Positions 39,674 through 49,921 of a stretch of DNA of 64,000 nucleotides are shown here, piece by piece (within the stretch, counting starts at the first letter, position 1; every line of letters starts with the position of its first letter). The DNA comes from Candidatus Babeliales bacterium (lineage in GTDB: Bacteria; Babelota; Babeliae; Babelales; Vermiphilaceae), in NCBI GenBank assembly GCA_963743635.1, contig CAVUQO010000003.1, positions 352,001-416,000 of the forward strand, written 5' to 3'. The position numbers and the translations under genes were made by a program. The notes beneath the pieces are model-generated. The model had not been told where the DNA came from. It did not search any database and was given only the letters and a program-made list of their open reading frames with translations.

Positions 39674-40374
39674 GATCCTGAAGGTTTATAAATTTTATGG
39701 GATAGCGCTAAGAATGGCGTTGAAATAAGAATTGCTACCACTTTGATACCATAGCTGATGGCAATAATCTGCCACAATTCAGCTATAGTAGGAATTATAC
39801 CACTAATTCCCAAAAATGGTATAGAATAGAGCGCTAAAAAGCTGAATAAAATCGTATCTACTAGCTGCACGATCAGTACCGAACAGTAGTTGCGAAGTAT
39901 CAGATATTTACCTTCAAAAATGCGTTTGAGAGTGCCATAGAGGAAATAATCGAGCTGTTGGGTAATGAAGTAGACGATCAATGAGGCTGCAATAATATGA
40001 GGCATAGTTCCCAGTATGGCTTGAAAGTGAGCATTCATAACGTCATGCGGATGGGGTATATAATAGATATGAATCTGTGAAACGATGCCATAAAACATGA
40101 GGCTGAACAAACTGATCCAGATCGATTTTTGGGCAATCTCGCGGCCATAATATTCTTGAAGAAGATTAAGCCCGAGTACCGTTCCAATGGTAAATGCATC
40201 CGCGCCGGTTGAGGCAAGGCCAAAGTGGGTAACTTCTTTTACCACAAAAAGATTTGAAAGCACGGCCTGCACACTAATGAGGGCGACGAGCGCTTCTTTG
40301 CCCATGCGCAATGCTATGAGTGTTGAAAGACTCATTATCACAATATGGGTGAAAAATATCGTTTCATTAATCAT
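39670..40374 (-). CDS. yhhQ: Queuosine precursor transporter (YhhQ/VUT)
   Basis: SNLFVVK, LLQEYYG, QQLD, RNY.S..IVQLVDTILF; overlaps tgt start. Confidence 0.9.
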   Translation of the reverse strand: MINETIFFTHIVIMSLSTLIALRMGKEALVALISVQAVLSNLFVVKEVTHFGLASTGADAFTIGTVLGLNLLQEYYGREIAQKSIWISLFSLMFYGIVSQIHIYYIPHPHDVMNAHFQAILGTMPHIIAASLIVYFITQQLDYFLYGTLKRIFEGKYLILRNYCSVLIVQLVDTILFSFLALYSIPFLGISGIIPTIAELWQIIAISYGIKVVAILISTPFLALSHKIYKPSGS

Positions 40375-40560
40375 CGTTTGTTTCCTTATGGTTAGATACC
40401 TACATATTTATTGCGAAGTTCAAACTATACCATAGAAAAGGAATAGTCGAAAGTACAAGTAATCCAATTCAATTCAACATTTTATATCATTTCTCTGCAT
40501 GAATCCGCTATACTAATAGACGTAAATATAATAGTCGTACTATACGAGGGGGGATTTCGT

Positions 40561-41358
40561 ATGTGGTATATCGTGGTAGTAATGTGCCTATGGTCAATAA
40601 GTTGCTCGGCAATGCATACTCCAAGCGTCGTAACCATTCATAAAAATAAGCCTCGCATGGATAAGCATGCAGCCTGGGAATCTGCAATGATGTTTTATGA
40701 GCATCGTAACAATAAAAAAATTTCTGATGATGAGAGGGCATTGCATACAGCATGCATCGATTATCTTATGAACTTTTCGCATGATCTGGATAATATTCCA
40801 TTAGATCAATCGCCTTTGGCGATGGTGCATGGATTTAAAAATGCGCTTATCTGGTTGCCTTTTCATAATGCTGAACGCGAAGCAAGAGTTTTATCAGTGG
40901 GCACACTTGCGCAATTTGTATTATGTTCGGTCATGGGTCATAAAGATCACTCAGTGGTCTGCGCCGTAGACAAGGAAAATAGTGTGCATAAATGGACGCT
41001 CAAGTGGACACATATCCCAGGAGGCTACGGATACCATGAATCTCGTGTCAGTTATATGCAATCCATTCCTTGCCCGATTAGTACAGTGCGTCTTATGCAT
41101 GAACACGCAGCAGCTCTTTTTACCGATCGCGGCATAAGTCTTGCGGTAGATTCTGATGATCAACATTCTATTCTAGCGATCCCAGATTCGAGTGACGTGA
41201 TGCGGATAAAAGCCAATATCAAACAGCGGTTGTATAAATGCATTAATGCAGATAAAACTGCGTCAACCTATCGCATTGATGGAAATAATCTGGAGCTTGT
41301 TGAAAATGCGCAGGCATTAGAAAAGCAGTTTCAGAGCACTGAGTGTACTATTCAGTAA
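40561..41358 (+). CDS. Exported hypothetical protein with C-terminal CaaX
   Basis: SCSA|MH; ends TECTIQ. Confidence 0.75.
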   Translation: MWYIVVVMCLWSISCSAMHTPSVVTIHKNKPRMDKHAAWESAMMFYEHRNNKKISDDERALHTACIDYLMNFSHDLDNIPLDQSPLAMVHGFKNALIWLPFHNAEREARVLSVGTLAQFVLCSVMGHKDHSVVCAVDKENSVHKWTLKWTHIPGGYGYHESRVSYMQSIPCPISTVRLMHEHAAALFTDRGISLAVDSDDQHSILAIPDSSDVMRIKANIKQRLYKCINADKTASTYRIDGNNLELVENAQALEKQFQSTECTIQ

Positions 41359-41365
41359 CGTAATC

Positions 41366-42346
41366 TCAGCGCTTTAACGGATATTCTTTAAATCCAATTA
41401 ATCGGCATTCAGGTTGCGGGATGATGCCATACTGTTGGTGCACGAGTTCTTGCATCGTGCGTGCAACATCAATAATATCTTGCGTAGTGGCATTGCCGCG
41501 ATTAACAAGCATATTGGCGTGTTGGTATGAAACGATTGCATCGCCAATGCTCAGCGCGCCTTTCACGCCGATCTTATCCAAATAATAGGCAACAAAGATC
41601 ATTTTCTTACCATGGCTTTCAATAGTGACTTCATTTTCATGAAAATTTCTAAAGAAGCTGCCGCAGGTATTTTTCGATGGATACCGAGAAACGCGATGTC
41701 GAATAATTTCAACGCGTCTGCCGCGCGCATAGGCCGTTTCGATATCGGTTGCGCGTGCGAGTCTAAATGTAGCATTCAATAAATAGTGCTGTTCGTCATG
41801 GAGCGTGGATTGGTTGTAACCAAAATTAAACCATGCATTATCAACCGTTTTTACGATGCCGGTTGCGCGTTCGATCACCGTTGCGCTGACCATAAATTGC
41901 GCGAGCAGAAATTGGAAATAATGGAGATTGATATACACCGATCCGCCCACTGTCCCCGGAATGCCGCTAAATTCTTCAAGGCCAAGAATGTTATTGCTCA
42001 AGCAATATTCAATTAATGCATCCATGGTAACGCCCGCTCCGGCAGTTACTAATGCATGTTCAGCATCTTCAGCGCGATTCACAATTTGTGTGAGTTGAGG
42101 CCGAATGACGAGTCCATCAAAACCATCATCACTGATTAAAATATTGGCACCTTCGCCGAGCACGAAAATTTTCAGATTATTTTCGCGCGCGAATTTGAGT
42201 GCATATGCAAATGATTCTGCATCGGTTGGTTCGGCGTAAAAGCGCGCCGGCCCGCCCGTGCGGAACCAATTTTTATCGTGAAGTGGAATATTTTCTTGAA
42301 TGATGAGTGGTGTCGGGTTTTCTTGGGTGGTGATGGTTTGGTTCAT
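41366..42346 (-). CDS. murB: UDP-N-acetylmuramate dehydrogenase
   Basis: FRTGGPAR, LGEGANIL, GIPGTVGG, GSFFRN, HANMLVN. Confidence 0.96.
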   Translation of the reverse strand: MNQTITTQENPTPLIIQENIPLHDKNWFRTGGPARFYAEPTDAESFAYALKFARENNLKIFVLGEGANILISDDGFDGLVIRPQLTQIVNRAEDAEHALVTAGAGVTMDALIEYCLSNNILGLEEFSGIPGTVGGSVYINLHYFQFLLAQFMVSATVIERATGIVKTVDNAWFNFGYNQSTLHDEQHYLLNATFRLARATDIETAYARGRRVEIIRHRVSRYPSKNTCGSFFRNFHENEVTIESHGKKMIFVAYYLDKIGVKGALSIGDAIVSYQHANMLVNRGNATTQDIIDVARTMQELVHQQYGIIPQPECRLIGFKEYPLKR

Positions 42347-42387
42347 GATAATGCTGCATACGTAATAAGGATTGATATAGGTATAGT

Positions 42388-42894
42388 TTACATCATCACT
42401 ATCAAGGCAACAAGTATCGCGGAGGCTATAAGGTTTCCTATTAAAACGGGAGCAATTAATTGTTTTGCAGGAAGTCGAAATGCGACGGCGAGAGTTATGA
42501 GCATAAGCAGGGAATTAGTGAAGGCTAATAGGAATGCAGTAAGGGATATTAGCATCACTGTAAAGTAGTATTCTCCAAGTTTGAGAGGCATCACTAACGC
42601 TGCGGCGATGTCTGCGTGATAGCTCACTATGATGGAAAATCCAGTGCTGCCCAAAGCACCAAGGAGGGCTGAGGGAATATTGCCAATGCATGCCATTAAG
42701 AATGCCTTAGAATATGTAATATCATTCAGGAAACGTGGAAATAATAGAGTTTGAATAATAAGAGCAAAAACTATTGTTGTCGGCGCTATGAGGGGGTTAA
42801 TGCCAGGGTAAGTAAATACCGTGAACCAGGCTAGATTTGCAGATGCAGGCGTTGCATATAGCAGTGTGCACAGCGTGGCGAAGATTTTTTTCAT
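42388..42894 (-). CDS. Hypothetical polytopic membrane protein
   Basis: Leader plus 4-5 hydrophobic segments. Confidence 0.7.
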   Translation of the reverse strand: MKKIFATLCTLLYATPASANLAWFTVFTYPGINPLIAPTTIVFALIIQTLLFPRFLNDITYSKAFLMACIGNIPSALLGALGSTGFSIIVSYHADIAAALVMPLKLGEYYFTVMLISLTAFLLAFTNSLLMLITLAVAFRLPAKQLIAPVLIGNLIASAILVALIVMM

Positions 42895-43007
42895 TTGAAT
42901 TCCTTATGAGTGGGGCCATTAATACTGCATTAGTCTTTCACGGCGCTCGACGGGAAGTCAAGATCATGGAAGAGTGAGAAAACAGAATCAGCCTCTGCGC
43001 GCAAGGG

Positions 43008-46000
43008 TTATGCAATAATTACGGGCACATGCACACTTTCAATGCCACTGACATTGACTGCGGTGATTGAGACATTTTGCCCCGTGTCATCGTTTCTAAG
43101 CAGCATATTAAAGGTCAGTGCCTGTGATGCAGAGACATTGCCCATTAATGTTGTGCCATTGTAGACATTATATGATGTAACGTTTGTGCTGCTACTTGGG
43201 CTCCAGGTTATTGTCAGAATGCGTTCAGTTTTATCAAGAAAGACATTGAATTTGCGTATCCCCATAACATTTGTTGGGGGTAGTGGCGCGGACGCGCACG
43301 GTTTGCTTACGGTAACACTCACTGGTTCTGAAGTGTCACCATATGCGTCAGCGGATACTATGTAATAAGTATGGATAATATTTGGATCTAAATTAGGTGC
43401 TTCATAGACTAACTGCCCAGTAGCGGGAATAGTAGCAATGAGATATGTCAGATAAGGATCAGTAAATATTTGATATTCAGTAGGGTTTTGGCCATGCGCT
43501 GGTGGGGTCCAGGTAATAACGTTCGTTACGGTATTGCCCTGTTGGAATATGCAACCATTTATTGAAGCAGGGGGAAATAGAGTTGGGTAACATGTTGCTG
43601 TGACGGTAACGCTTGCGGGTTCCGAACTGTCGCCATATGCATCAGCGGATACGATGTAATAAGTATAGGTAATATTTGGATCTAAATTAGGTGCTTCATA
43701 GACTAACTGCCCAGTAGCGGGAATAGTAGCAATGAGATATGTCAGATAAGGATCAGTAAATATTTGATATTCAGTAGGGTTTTGGCCATGCGCTGGTGGG
43801 GTCCAGGTAATAACGTTCGTTACGGTATTGCCTCGTTGGAGTATGCAACCATCTATTGAAGCAGGGGGAAATAGAGTTGGGTAACATGTTGCTGTGACGG
43901 TAACGCTCACTGGTTCTGAAGTGCCACCATGTGTATCAGCGGATACTATGTAATAAGTATAGGTAATATTTGGATCTAAATTAGGTATTTCATAGATCAA
44001 TGGATCAGTCGCAGGGATGGTAGCGATGCGATATGTCAGAGAAGGATCAGTAAATATTTGATATTCGGAAGGCGTTGCACCATACGCTGGTGGGGTCCAG
44101 GTAATAACGTTCGTTACGGTATTGCCTCGTTGGAGTATGCAACCATCTATTGAAGCAGGGGGAAATAGAGTTGGGTAACATGTTGCTGTGACGGTAACGC
44201 TCACTGGTTCTGAATAATCACCATATGCATCAGCGGATACGATGTAATAAGTATAGGTAATATTTGGATCTAAATTAGGTATTTCATAGATCAATGGATC
44301 AGTCGCAGGAATGGTAGCGATGCGATAAGTCAGAGAAGGATCAGTAAATATTTGATATTCGGAAGGCGTTGCGCCATACGCTGGTGGGGTCCAGGTAATA
44401 ACGTTCGTTACAGTATTGCCTCGTTGGAGTATGCAACCATCTATTGAAGCAGGAGGAAATAGTGTTGGGTAACATGTTTCTGTTACGGTAATGCTCACTG
44501 GTTCTGAATAATCACCATATGCATCAGCGGATACGATGTAATAAGTATAGGTAATATTTGGATCTAAATCGGGTACTTCATAGATCAATGGATCAGTGGC
44601 AGGGATAGTAGCGATGCGATTATGTAAATAAGGATCGGTAAATATTTCATATGATGCAGGCGTTGATCCTGATGATGGTGGGGTCCAAGTAATAACGTTC
44701 GTTACGGTACTGCTTTTTTGGAGTGCGCAACCATTTATTGAAGCAGGAGGAAATAGAGTTGGGTAACATGTTTGTGTTAAGGTCACGCTCACTGGTTCTG
44801 AAGTGTCGCCATGTGCATCGGCGGATACGATGTAATAAGTGTAGGTAATATTTGGATCTAAATCGGGTACTTCATAGATCAATGGATCAGTGGCAGGGAT
44901 AGTAGCGATGCGATATGTCAAAGAGGGATCAGTAAATATTTCATATGATGCAGGCGTTGATCCTGATGATGGTGAGGTCCAGGTAATAACGTTCGTTACG
45001 GTATTGCCTCTTTGGAGTGCGCAACCATTTATTGAAGCAGGGGGAAATAGAGTTGGGTAACATGTTTGTGTTAAGGTCACACTCACTGGTTCTGAAGTGT
45101 CACCATGTGCATCGGCGGATACGATGTAATAAGTGTAGGTAATATTTGGATCTAAATTAGGTATTTCATAGATCAATGGATCAGTCGCAGGAATGGTAGC
45201 GATGCGATATGTCAGAGAAGGATCAGTAAATATTTGATATTCGGAAGGCGTTGCGCCATACGCTGGTGGGGTCCAGGTAATAACGTTCGTTACGGTATTG
45301 CCTCGTTGGAGTATGCAACCATCTATTGAAGCAGGGGGGAATGGTGTTGTGTAACATGTTTGTGTTACGGTAATGCTCACTGGTTCTGAAGTGTCACCAT
45401 ATGCATCAGCAGATACAACGTAATAGGTATACATCAGATATGGATCGAGATTGGATTGTTGGTAGATTAATGGGCTGCTTGCAGGAACGGTTTCAAGAAG
45501 ATTATATAAATCAGAATCACTAAATATTTGATATTGAGTAGGCGCGGCTCCTGATGTGGGATGCGTCCAGGTGATGGTGTTGGTTATGGTATTTCCCACG
45601 GTGGTGAAGCATCCGGATATTGTACTTGGCGGAAATAGTGTTGGATAACATGTTTGTGTTACGGTAATGCTTGCAGGTTCCGACATATGACCATAAGAAT
45701 CAAAAGAGACGATGTAATAGGTATAGGTCATGCTCGGATCTAAATCTGGTATCTCATAGATTAATGGTTCAGCGGCAGAGATGGTAGCAATTCGATTATA
45801 TAAATAAGGATCGGTAAATATTTCATAATATTGAATCGGCGTTACGCCAGATTCGGGTGTTGTCCAGGTAATAACATTGGTTACGGTATTGCCCCTTTGG
45901 AGTGCGCAAGCTTCGAGATGAGTGGGTGGATATACATATGGTTCAAAAGCATAAGAAGTAATAGTCGGCTTATAGTTTAGTCCAGACGTAGAGAGGAAAT

Positions 46001-47093
46001 AGGTTTTTTCATTGTTAATAGGTGAAAATGCAATATCTTCAAGAAAGAGATTATTTGATGCTATAGGCAATGGATCACCAAATTGAGTAAGGTTCCCATA
46101 GGTATCAATATTATATACCAGTATAAAGCCTTGTCCGGTATTATAAGAATCATCATAGGCAAGCGCAAGAAATTGCGAATCAGGGGAAAAAGCTACCAGT
46201 TGATTGCCCATGGTATATGGATTGGTAGTGATGGTTGATGCCCATGTTGGTACTCCAGTTGTGGGGTCGACGGTAAATATGGCAAGGATATTGCTTTCGT
46301 CAGCTACTGCAAGAAATGCACCATCAGGTGAATAGGCAATTGATATAAAACTGGAGCCCTCAGCGTAGGGCACTTCATAATCAATTCCATATCCCAGATC
46401 ACCAGTTTTTTGGTCAACATGGAAAATGGTTATCGAATTAGTATCAATATTTGCTTGAGCAATAAATTTGCTATCGGGAGAGAAGGCGAGTGTGTCGGAG
46501 GTGCTGGTTGAGATGAAGTGATTAGTTGGAAAAACACCGATAGACGTGAGCGCACCAGTTGAGCTATTGACGCTAAACATTTTAATAGATGCGGGTAAAT
46601 AATCCTCTGTAAGCAAGGAACCAGCCAAAAATTTTTCATTGGGTGCATAGATAACAGTGCCTACATGGTTTGCTTCGGGTATGGTAGTGCTTTCGTAGGT
46701 CAGCTCGCCTGTTGTTTGATTAACAGAAAAGAGCGTTAAGCTTGCCTCTCCTTGATTAGCCACTACTAAAAATTTACTATCGGGAGAATAGGCAATGCTC
46801 TCTGGTAGAGCGGCTGTTGGGCCAAATGGTGAGTAAGCAATACTGTCCAGTGCACCATCTTGAGCAACTGAAGCAACATTAACTGCATCAGGCGTTTCAG
46901 GTGTGTTGGTCCATGCGCACCATTTTCCATTGGGGGAATAGGTAATGCCAAAAGTGCCAAACGTAGTTATTGGATGATTAAATGGGGATCCCGGCACTAG
47001 AGATATATTAGCCATAGCTGCATTAGTCTGGATTTCAAGGCAGAGTAATACTATAAGCGTAATGAACTTTAATATTTTTATCTTTATTTTCAT
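43008..47093 (-). CDS. Large exported protein: lactonase-type beta-propeller plus nine 98-aa FN3-like repeats and a terminal FN3-like domain
   Basis: IAYSPD/FSPD blades; repeats with NVITWT..P..Y.IF and YTYYIVSAD..G..SEP; 294-bp period. Confidence 0.9.
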   Translation of the reverse strand: MKIKIKILKFITLIVLLCLEIQTNAAMANISLVPGSPFNHPITTFGTFGITYSPNGKWCAWTNTPETPDAVNVASVAQDGALDSIAYSPFGPTAALPESIAYSPDSKFLVVANQGEASLTLFSVNQTTGELTYESTTIPEANHVGTVIYAPNEKFLAGSLLTEDYLPASIKMFSVNSSTGALTSIGVFPTNHFISTSTSDTLAFSPDSKFIAQANIDTNSITIFHVDQKTGDLGYGIDYEVPYAEGSSFISIAYSPDGAFLAVADESNILAIFTVDPTTGVPTWASTITTNPYTMGNQLVAFSPDSQFLALAYDDSYNTGQGFILVYNIDTYGNLTQFGDPLPIASNNLFLEDIAFSPINNEKTYFLSTSGLNYKPTITSYAFEPYVYPPTHLEACALQRGNTVTNVITWTTPESGVTPIQYYEIFTDPYLYNRIATISAAEPLIYEIPDLDPSMTYTYYIVSFDSYGHMSEPASITVTQTCYPTLFPPSTISGCFTTVGNTITNTITWTHPTSGAAPTQYQIFSDSDLYNLLETVPASSPLIYQQSNLDPYLMYTYYVVSADAYGDTSEPVSITVTQTCYTTPFPPASIDGCILQRGNTVTNVITWTPPAYGATPSEYQIFTDPSLTYRIATIPATDPLIYEIPNLDPNITYTYYIVSADAHGDTSEPVSVTLTQTCYPTLFPPASINGCALQRGNTVTNVITWTSPSSGSTPASYEIFTDPSLTYRIATIPATDPLIYEVPDLDPNITYTYYIVSADAHGDTSEPVSVTLTQTCYPTLFPPASINGCALQKSSTVTNVITWTPPSSGSTPASYEIFTDPYLHNRIATIPATDPLIYEVPDLDPNITYTYYIVSADAYGDYSEPVSITVTETCYPTLFPPASIDGCILQRGNTVTNVITWTPPAYGATPSEYQIFTDPSLTYRIATIPATDPLIYEIPNLDPNITYTYYIVSADAYGDYSEPVSVTVTATCYPTLFPPASIDGCILQRGNTVTNVITWTPPAYGATPSEYQIFTDPSLTYRIATIPATDPLIYEIPNLDPNITYTYYIVSADTHGGTSEPVSVTVTATCYPTLFPPASIDGCILQRGNTVTNVITWTPPAHGQNPTEYQIFTDPYLTYLIATIPATGQLVYEAPNLDPNITYTYYIVSADAYGDSSEPASVTVTATCYPTLFPPASINGCIFQQGNTVTNVITWTPPAHGQNPTEYQIFTDPYLTYLIATIPATGQLVYEAPNLDPNIIHTYYIVSADAYGDTSEPVSVTVSKPCASAPLPPTNVMGIRKFNVFLDKTERILTITWSPSSSTNVTSYNVYNGTTLMGNVSASQALTFNMLLRNDDTGQNVSITAVNVSGIESVHVPVIIA
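43290..45935. repeat. Nine intragenic 294-bp tandem repeats
   Basis: GTCCAGGTAATAACGTTCGTTAC recurs at 43507, 43801, 44095 and onward. Confidence 0.93.
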
Positions 47094-47196
47094 GATTTCC
47101 CTTTTTGATTTACAAGGTAATGTAGGAAAATCTAATATAATCTCACGCTTGATGCAAGGACGCGATATTTTCTATGCCGTTCATATTAAAATAAAA

Positions 47197-47281
47197 AATC
47201 AGCCTCTGCGCCCTTCAATACATTTCGATACTTTCCCCAAACTCGGGGCAGTATCGAAATACTCAGGGGCAAAAGGCTGAT
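47197..47281. repeat. Palindromic element (CCCTTC...ACTCAGGG type)
   Basis: ATCAGCCT/AGGCTGAT outer stem; ATTTCGATACT/AGTATCGAAAT inner stem. Confidence 0.7.
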
Positions 47282-47305
47282 CAAGAATTGCTTACGGTAT
47301 GGTTC

Positions 47306-48223
47306 TTATAACTGACACGCCGAAACGGTATTACGTTGCGGACGCGGTTTTACCGCATTCGTTCGTAGGAGTTCCTGACACGCAGTGCTGCAAGTATTGT
47401 CATACGATTTAAGGCATGCTGGGCACCCAATAAAATGTTCATTACATTCTGCGTTCAGGCAGTTGGTGTAATCATCGCATGGTGTTGGGCACAAGTTGCA
47501 AGTGGAAAGAATATCGTCATTCACTCGCACTCCAATACGATCGTCAAACACATAGTTTTTACCGCGGAAGAATCCATCGGGGTATTGTTCCGCGTAACGA
47601 TGAATGCCGCCAAGAATTTGGTAGACTTCTTTTGCAACACCTTTTTCTTTCATGTAGGTTGTCGCGCGTTCGCAGCGAACACCGCCCGTGCAATACATCA
47701 ATACTTGCTTATCTTTGAATTGCTCAAGATTATCGTCAACGAATTTTGGAAACTGACGGAAATGTTCGATGTCTGGCAAGATTGCGCCTTCAAACGCACC
47801 AATGCGCCATTCATAATCATTGCGTGTGTCGAGAATAACTAAATCTTTTGGTTTTTGAGCAATAAGATTATGCGTTTCTTCCGGCGTTAAATGTTTACCA
47901 CCATTTTTGGGAGTAACTGTTTTAGGATCAAGGCCGAGATATACAATTTCATTTTTTATGATGATGCGCATGCGCGGGAAGCATTGTTCACCGCCATCGC
48001 TGTCTTTAAAATCGATGCCCGCAAAGCGTGGATCTTTGAGCAGGGCTGTTTTAAAGATTTCGGTATTTTTTTCGCTACCGTCGACGGTGGCATTGATGCC
48101 TTCGTGAGCAATAATAATGCGTCCGGTCAGACGCAGATCAGCGCAGAGCTTTTGCAGCCATTTTTGCACTTGTTTTGGATATTCCAAGTCTACATATTTG
48201 TAGAAGAGTAAGATCTTTCCCAT
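47306..48223 (-). CDS. trhO: tRNA U34 hydroxylase TrhO (YceA/UPF0176 rhodanese)
   Basis: LLFYKY, GRIIIAHEGINAT, DTRNDYE, MYCTGGVRCE, GKNYVFDDR. Confidence 0.93.
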   Translation of the reverse strand: MGKILLFYKYVDLEYPKQVQKWLQKLCADLRLTGRIIIAHEGINATVDGSEKNTEIFKTALLKDPRFAGIDFKDSDGGEQCFPRMRIIIKNEIVYLGLDPKTVTPKNGGKHLTPEETHNLIAQKPKDLVILDTRNDYEWRIGAFEGAILPDIEHFRQFPKFVDDNLEQFKDKQVLMYCTGGVRCERATTYMKEKGVAKEVYQILGGIHRYAEQYPDGFFRGKNYVFDDRIGVRVNDDILSTCNLCPTPCDDYTNCLNAECNEHFIGCPACLKSYDNTCSTACQELLRTNAVKPRPQRNTVSACQL

Positions 48224-48317
48224 GGTCCGTATAACCTCAATAGAAAGGGGCCTTAAAATGATTTAATAAGACCAATTCTAGCATAAAACTCGCCAAACGT
48301 CGATTTCCAAATGAGAA

Positions 48318-48659
48318 TTACTCTCCAGGTTCAGGTGGTCCAAATAGCGGGCAGCATGATTGAAAAAGATTAAAAATAACAAGATATGATTCTAGCAGGG
48401 CGTCCTGGGATGCCTCTTGACGTGGGTTGCCAGGCCTTACTCCGGTATTGGCAGCATTGAGATCATCTGCAGGATCGAGGAGCGGTCGATACCCTGATGC
48501 AATGGGATCATCAGAGGCAGGATTGTGGTGGGTTTGCATTCTCAATTCTCGCAATTCTGTTGCTAGAGGTTGGGAATGGCCTTCGTCTTTGGGTGGCTGT
48601 GCCTGGGATGTTATAGACATGAGCAAGAGTAATGAAAGCGTGGAAACATAGAAGTTCAT
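48318..48659 (-). CDS. Small exported hypothetical protein
   Basis: Start reassigned to MNFYVST after AAGGAG; TSQA|QP; hydrophobic/Cys C-terminus. Confidence 0.6.
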   Translation of the reverse strand: MNFYVSTLSLLLLMSITSQAQPPKDEGHSQPLATELRELRMQTHHNPASDDPIASGYRPLLDPADDLNAANTGVRPGNPRQEASQDALLESYLVIFNLFQSCCPLFGPPEPGE

Positions 48660-48780
48660 AATCGACTCCTTTTTTTTAACCATTAGTATATGCTGATGAG
48701 AGTATAGAAATTGTACATGAAAAAGAAATGAAAACCTACAATGAGACCGTAAAGCGGTCAATTACCCTCAAAGGATAGTT

Positions 48781-49305
48781 ATGAAATATACCCCATTTGT
48801 TATGGTTGCCGCGCTAGTGCTCATGGGCACAAGCTGTACCACTGAATCAAAAAAAGGAAAACATATGGAAAAACCGGTCGTCGGCAGCATGGCTCCCGAT
48901 TTTACGTTGCCTGATCAAAATGAAAAAGAACACACACTTTCATCATACCGCGGTCACCGCGTAGCGCTCTATTTCTATCCAAAAGATGAAACGCCTGGCT
49001 GTACTGCAGAAGCTTGTAGTCTTCGCGATGGCCGTGAGCAACTCGAAGCTGCAGGCATCGTAGTGCTTGGCGTGAGTTACGATTCTCCAAAATCGCACCT
49101 TGCATTCGCAAAAAAACATAACCTTAATTTCACTTTACTAAGTGACACTAGTAAAGAAGCCAGTGCAGCGTACGGCGTTAAGGGCTGGTTTATGCCATCA
49201 CGCGTAACCTTCCTTATCGACGAAGACGGCAAAATTGTTTCGATCTTAAAGAACGTTAACGTCAGCGACCATGCAGATGAAATTATTGAAGCCTTTAACA
49301 AGTAA
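48781..49305 (+). CDS. bcp: Peroxiredoxin BCP/PrxQ with lipoprotein-like leader
   Basis: APDFTL, YFYPKDETPGCTAEAC, RVTFLIDEDG; leader ends GTSC. Confidence 0.92.
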   Translation: MKYTPFVMVAALVLMGTSCTTESKKGKHMEKPVVGSMAPDFTLPDQNEKEHTLSSYRGHRVALYFYPKDETPGCTAEACSLRDGREQLEAAGIVVLGVSYDSPKSHLAFAKKHNLNFTLLSDTSKEASAAYGVKGWFMPSRVTFLIDEDGKIVSILKNVNVSDHADEIIEAFNK

Positions 49306-49411
49306 GTAAACGCGCAATTTACGTCGATGAACGAGTTGACGAATGTTTGTAAAAAACATAGATTACACCGTTGAAAACATATTTATACACACATCAAAAA
49401 AAGGATGTCGT

Positions 49412-49849
49412 ATGCGCAAAAATCGTATATTATTAATGAGTAGTTTATTATCACTTTCATTATTAACTGGGTGTAAACCTTCTATGGATCAAAAAGAAAT
49501 TAAAACAAGTTCAGGATTGCGATATATCGTGCTTAAAGCGCCAGCAGCGGATGCTAAATCACCAACGCGCGGCAAACCGGTTATTGTCCATTATACTGGA
49601 TGGTTAGACAAGAATGATGAAAACGGCACGAAGTTCGATAGCAGTGTTGACCGTGGCGCACCATTCCGCTTTGTAGTTGGTGTTGGCCAAGTAATCGCTG
49701 GTTGGGATGAAGCAGTGTTGGGTATGAAGGTTGGCGAAAAACGCCTTATCATACTTCCTGCAAACCTTGCATACGGCACGCGTGGCGCTGGAGCAGTTAT
49801 ACCTCCAAACGCAACGCTTCGCTTTGAAGTTGAACTTCTAGAAGTGTAA
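49412..49849 (+). CDS. FKBP-type peptidyl-prolyl isomerase, lipoprotein
   Basis: LTGC lipobox; VHYTGWL, FDSS, VIAGWDE, IPPNATLRFEVELL. Confidence 0.93.
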   Translation: MRKNRILLMSSLLSLSLLTGCKPSMDQKEIKTSSGLRYIVLKAPAADAKSPTRGKPVIVHYTGWLDKNDENGTKFDSSVDRGAPFRFVVGVGQVIAGWDEAVLGMKVGEKRLIILPANLAYGTRGAGAVIPPNATLRFEVELLEV

Positions 49850-49854
49850 TCCCT

Positions 49855-49897
49855 CTTCGTTTATCCGGGCCTTCCGGCTCGGCAAACTACGTCGGAC
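49855..49897. repeat. REP-like palindrome, same family as 23193-23234
   Basis: CTTCGTTTATCCGGGCCTTCCGGCTCGGCAAACTACG vs CTACGCTTGTCCGGGCTTTCGAGCTCGGCAAGCTACG. Confidence 0.6.
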
Positions 49898-49921
49898 ACA
49901 GCCAATTCGATAATTAAAAAT

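Noticed and set aside
43290..45935. CRISPR array or DGR template/variable repeats
   Set aside because: Units are 294-bp in-frame coding repeats without unique spacers; no cas or reverse transcriptase gene in the window.
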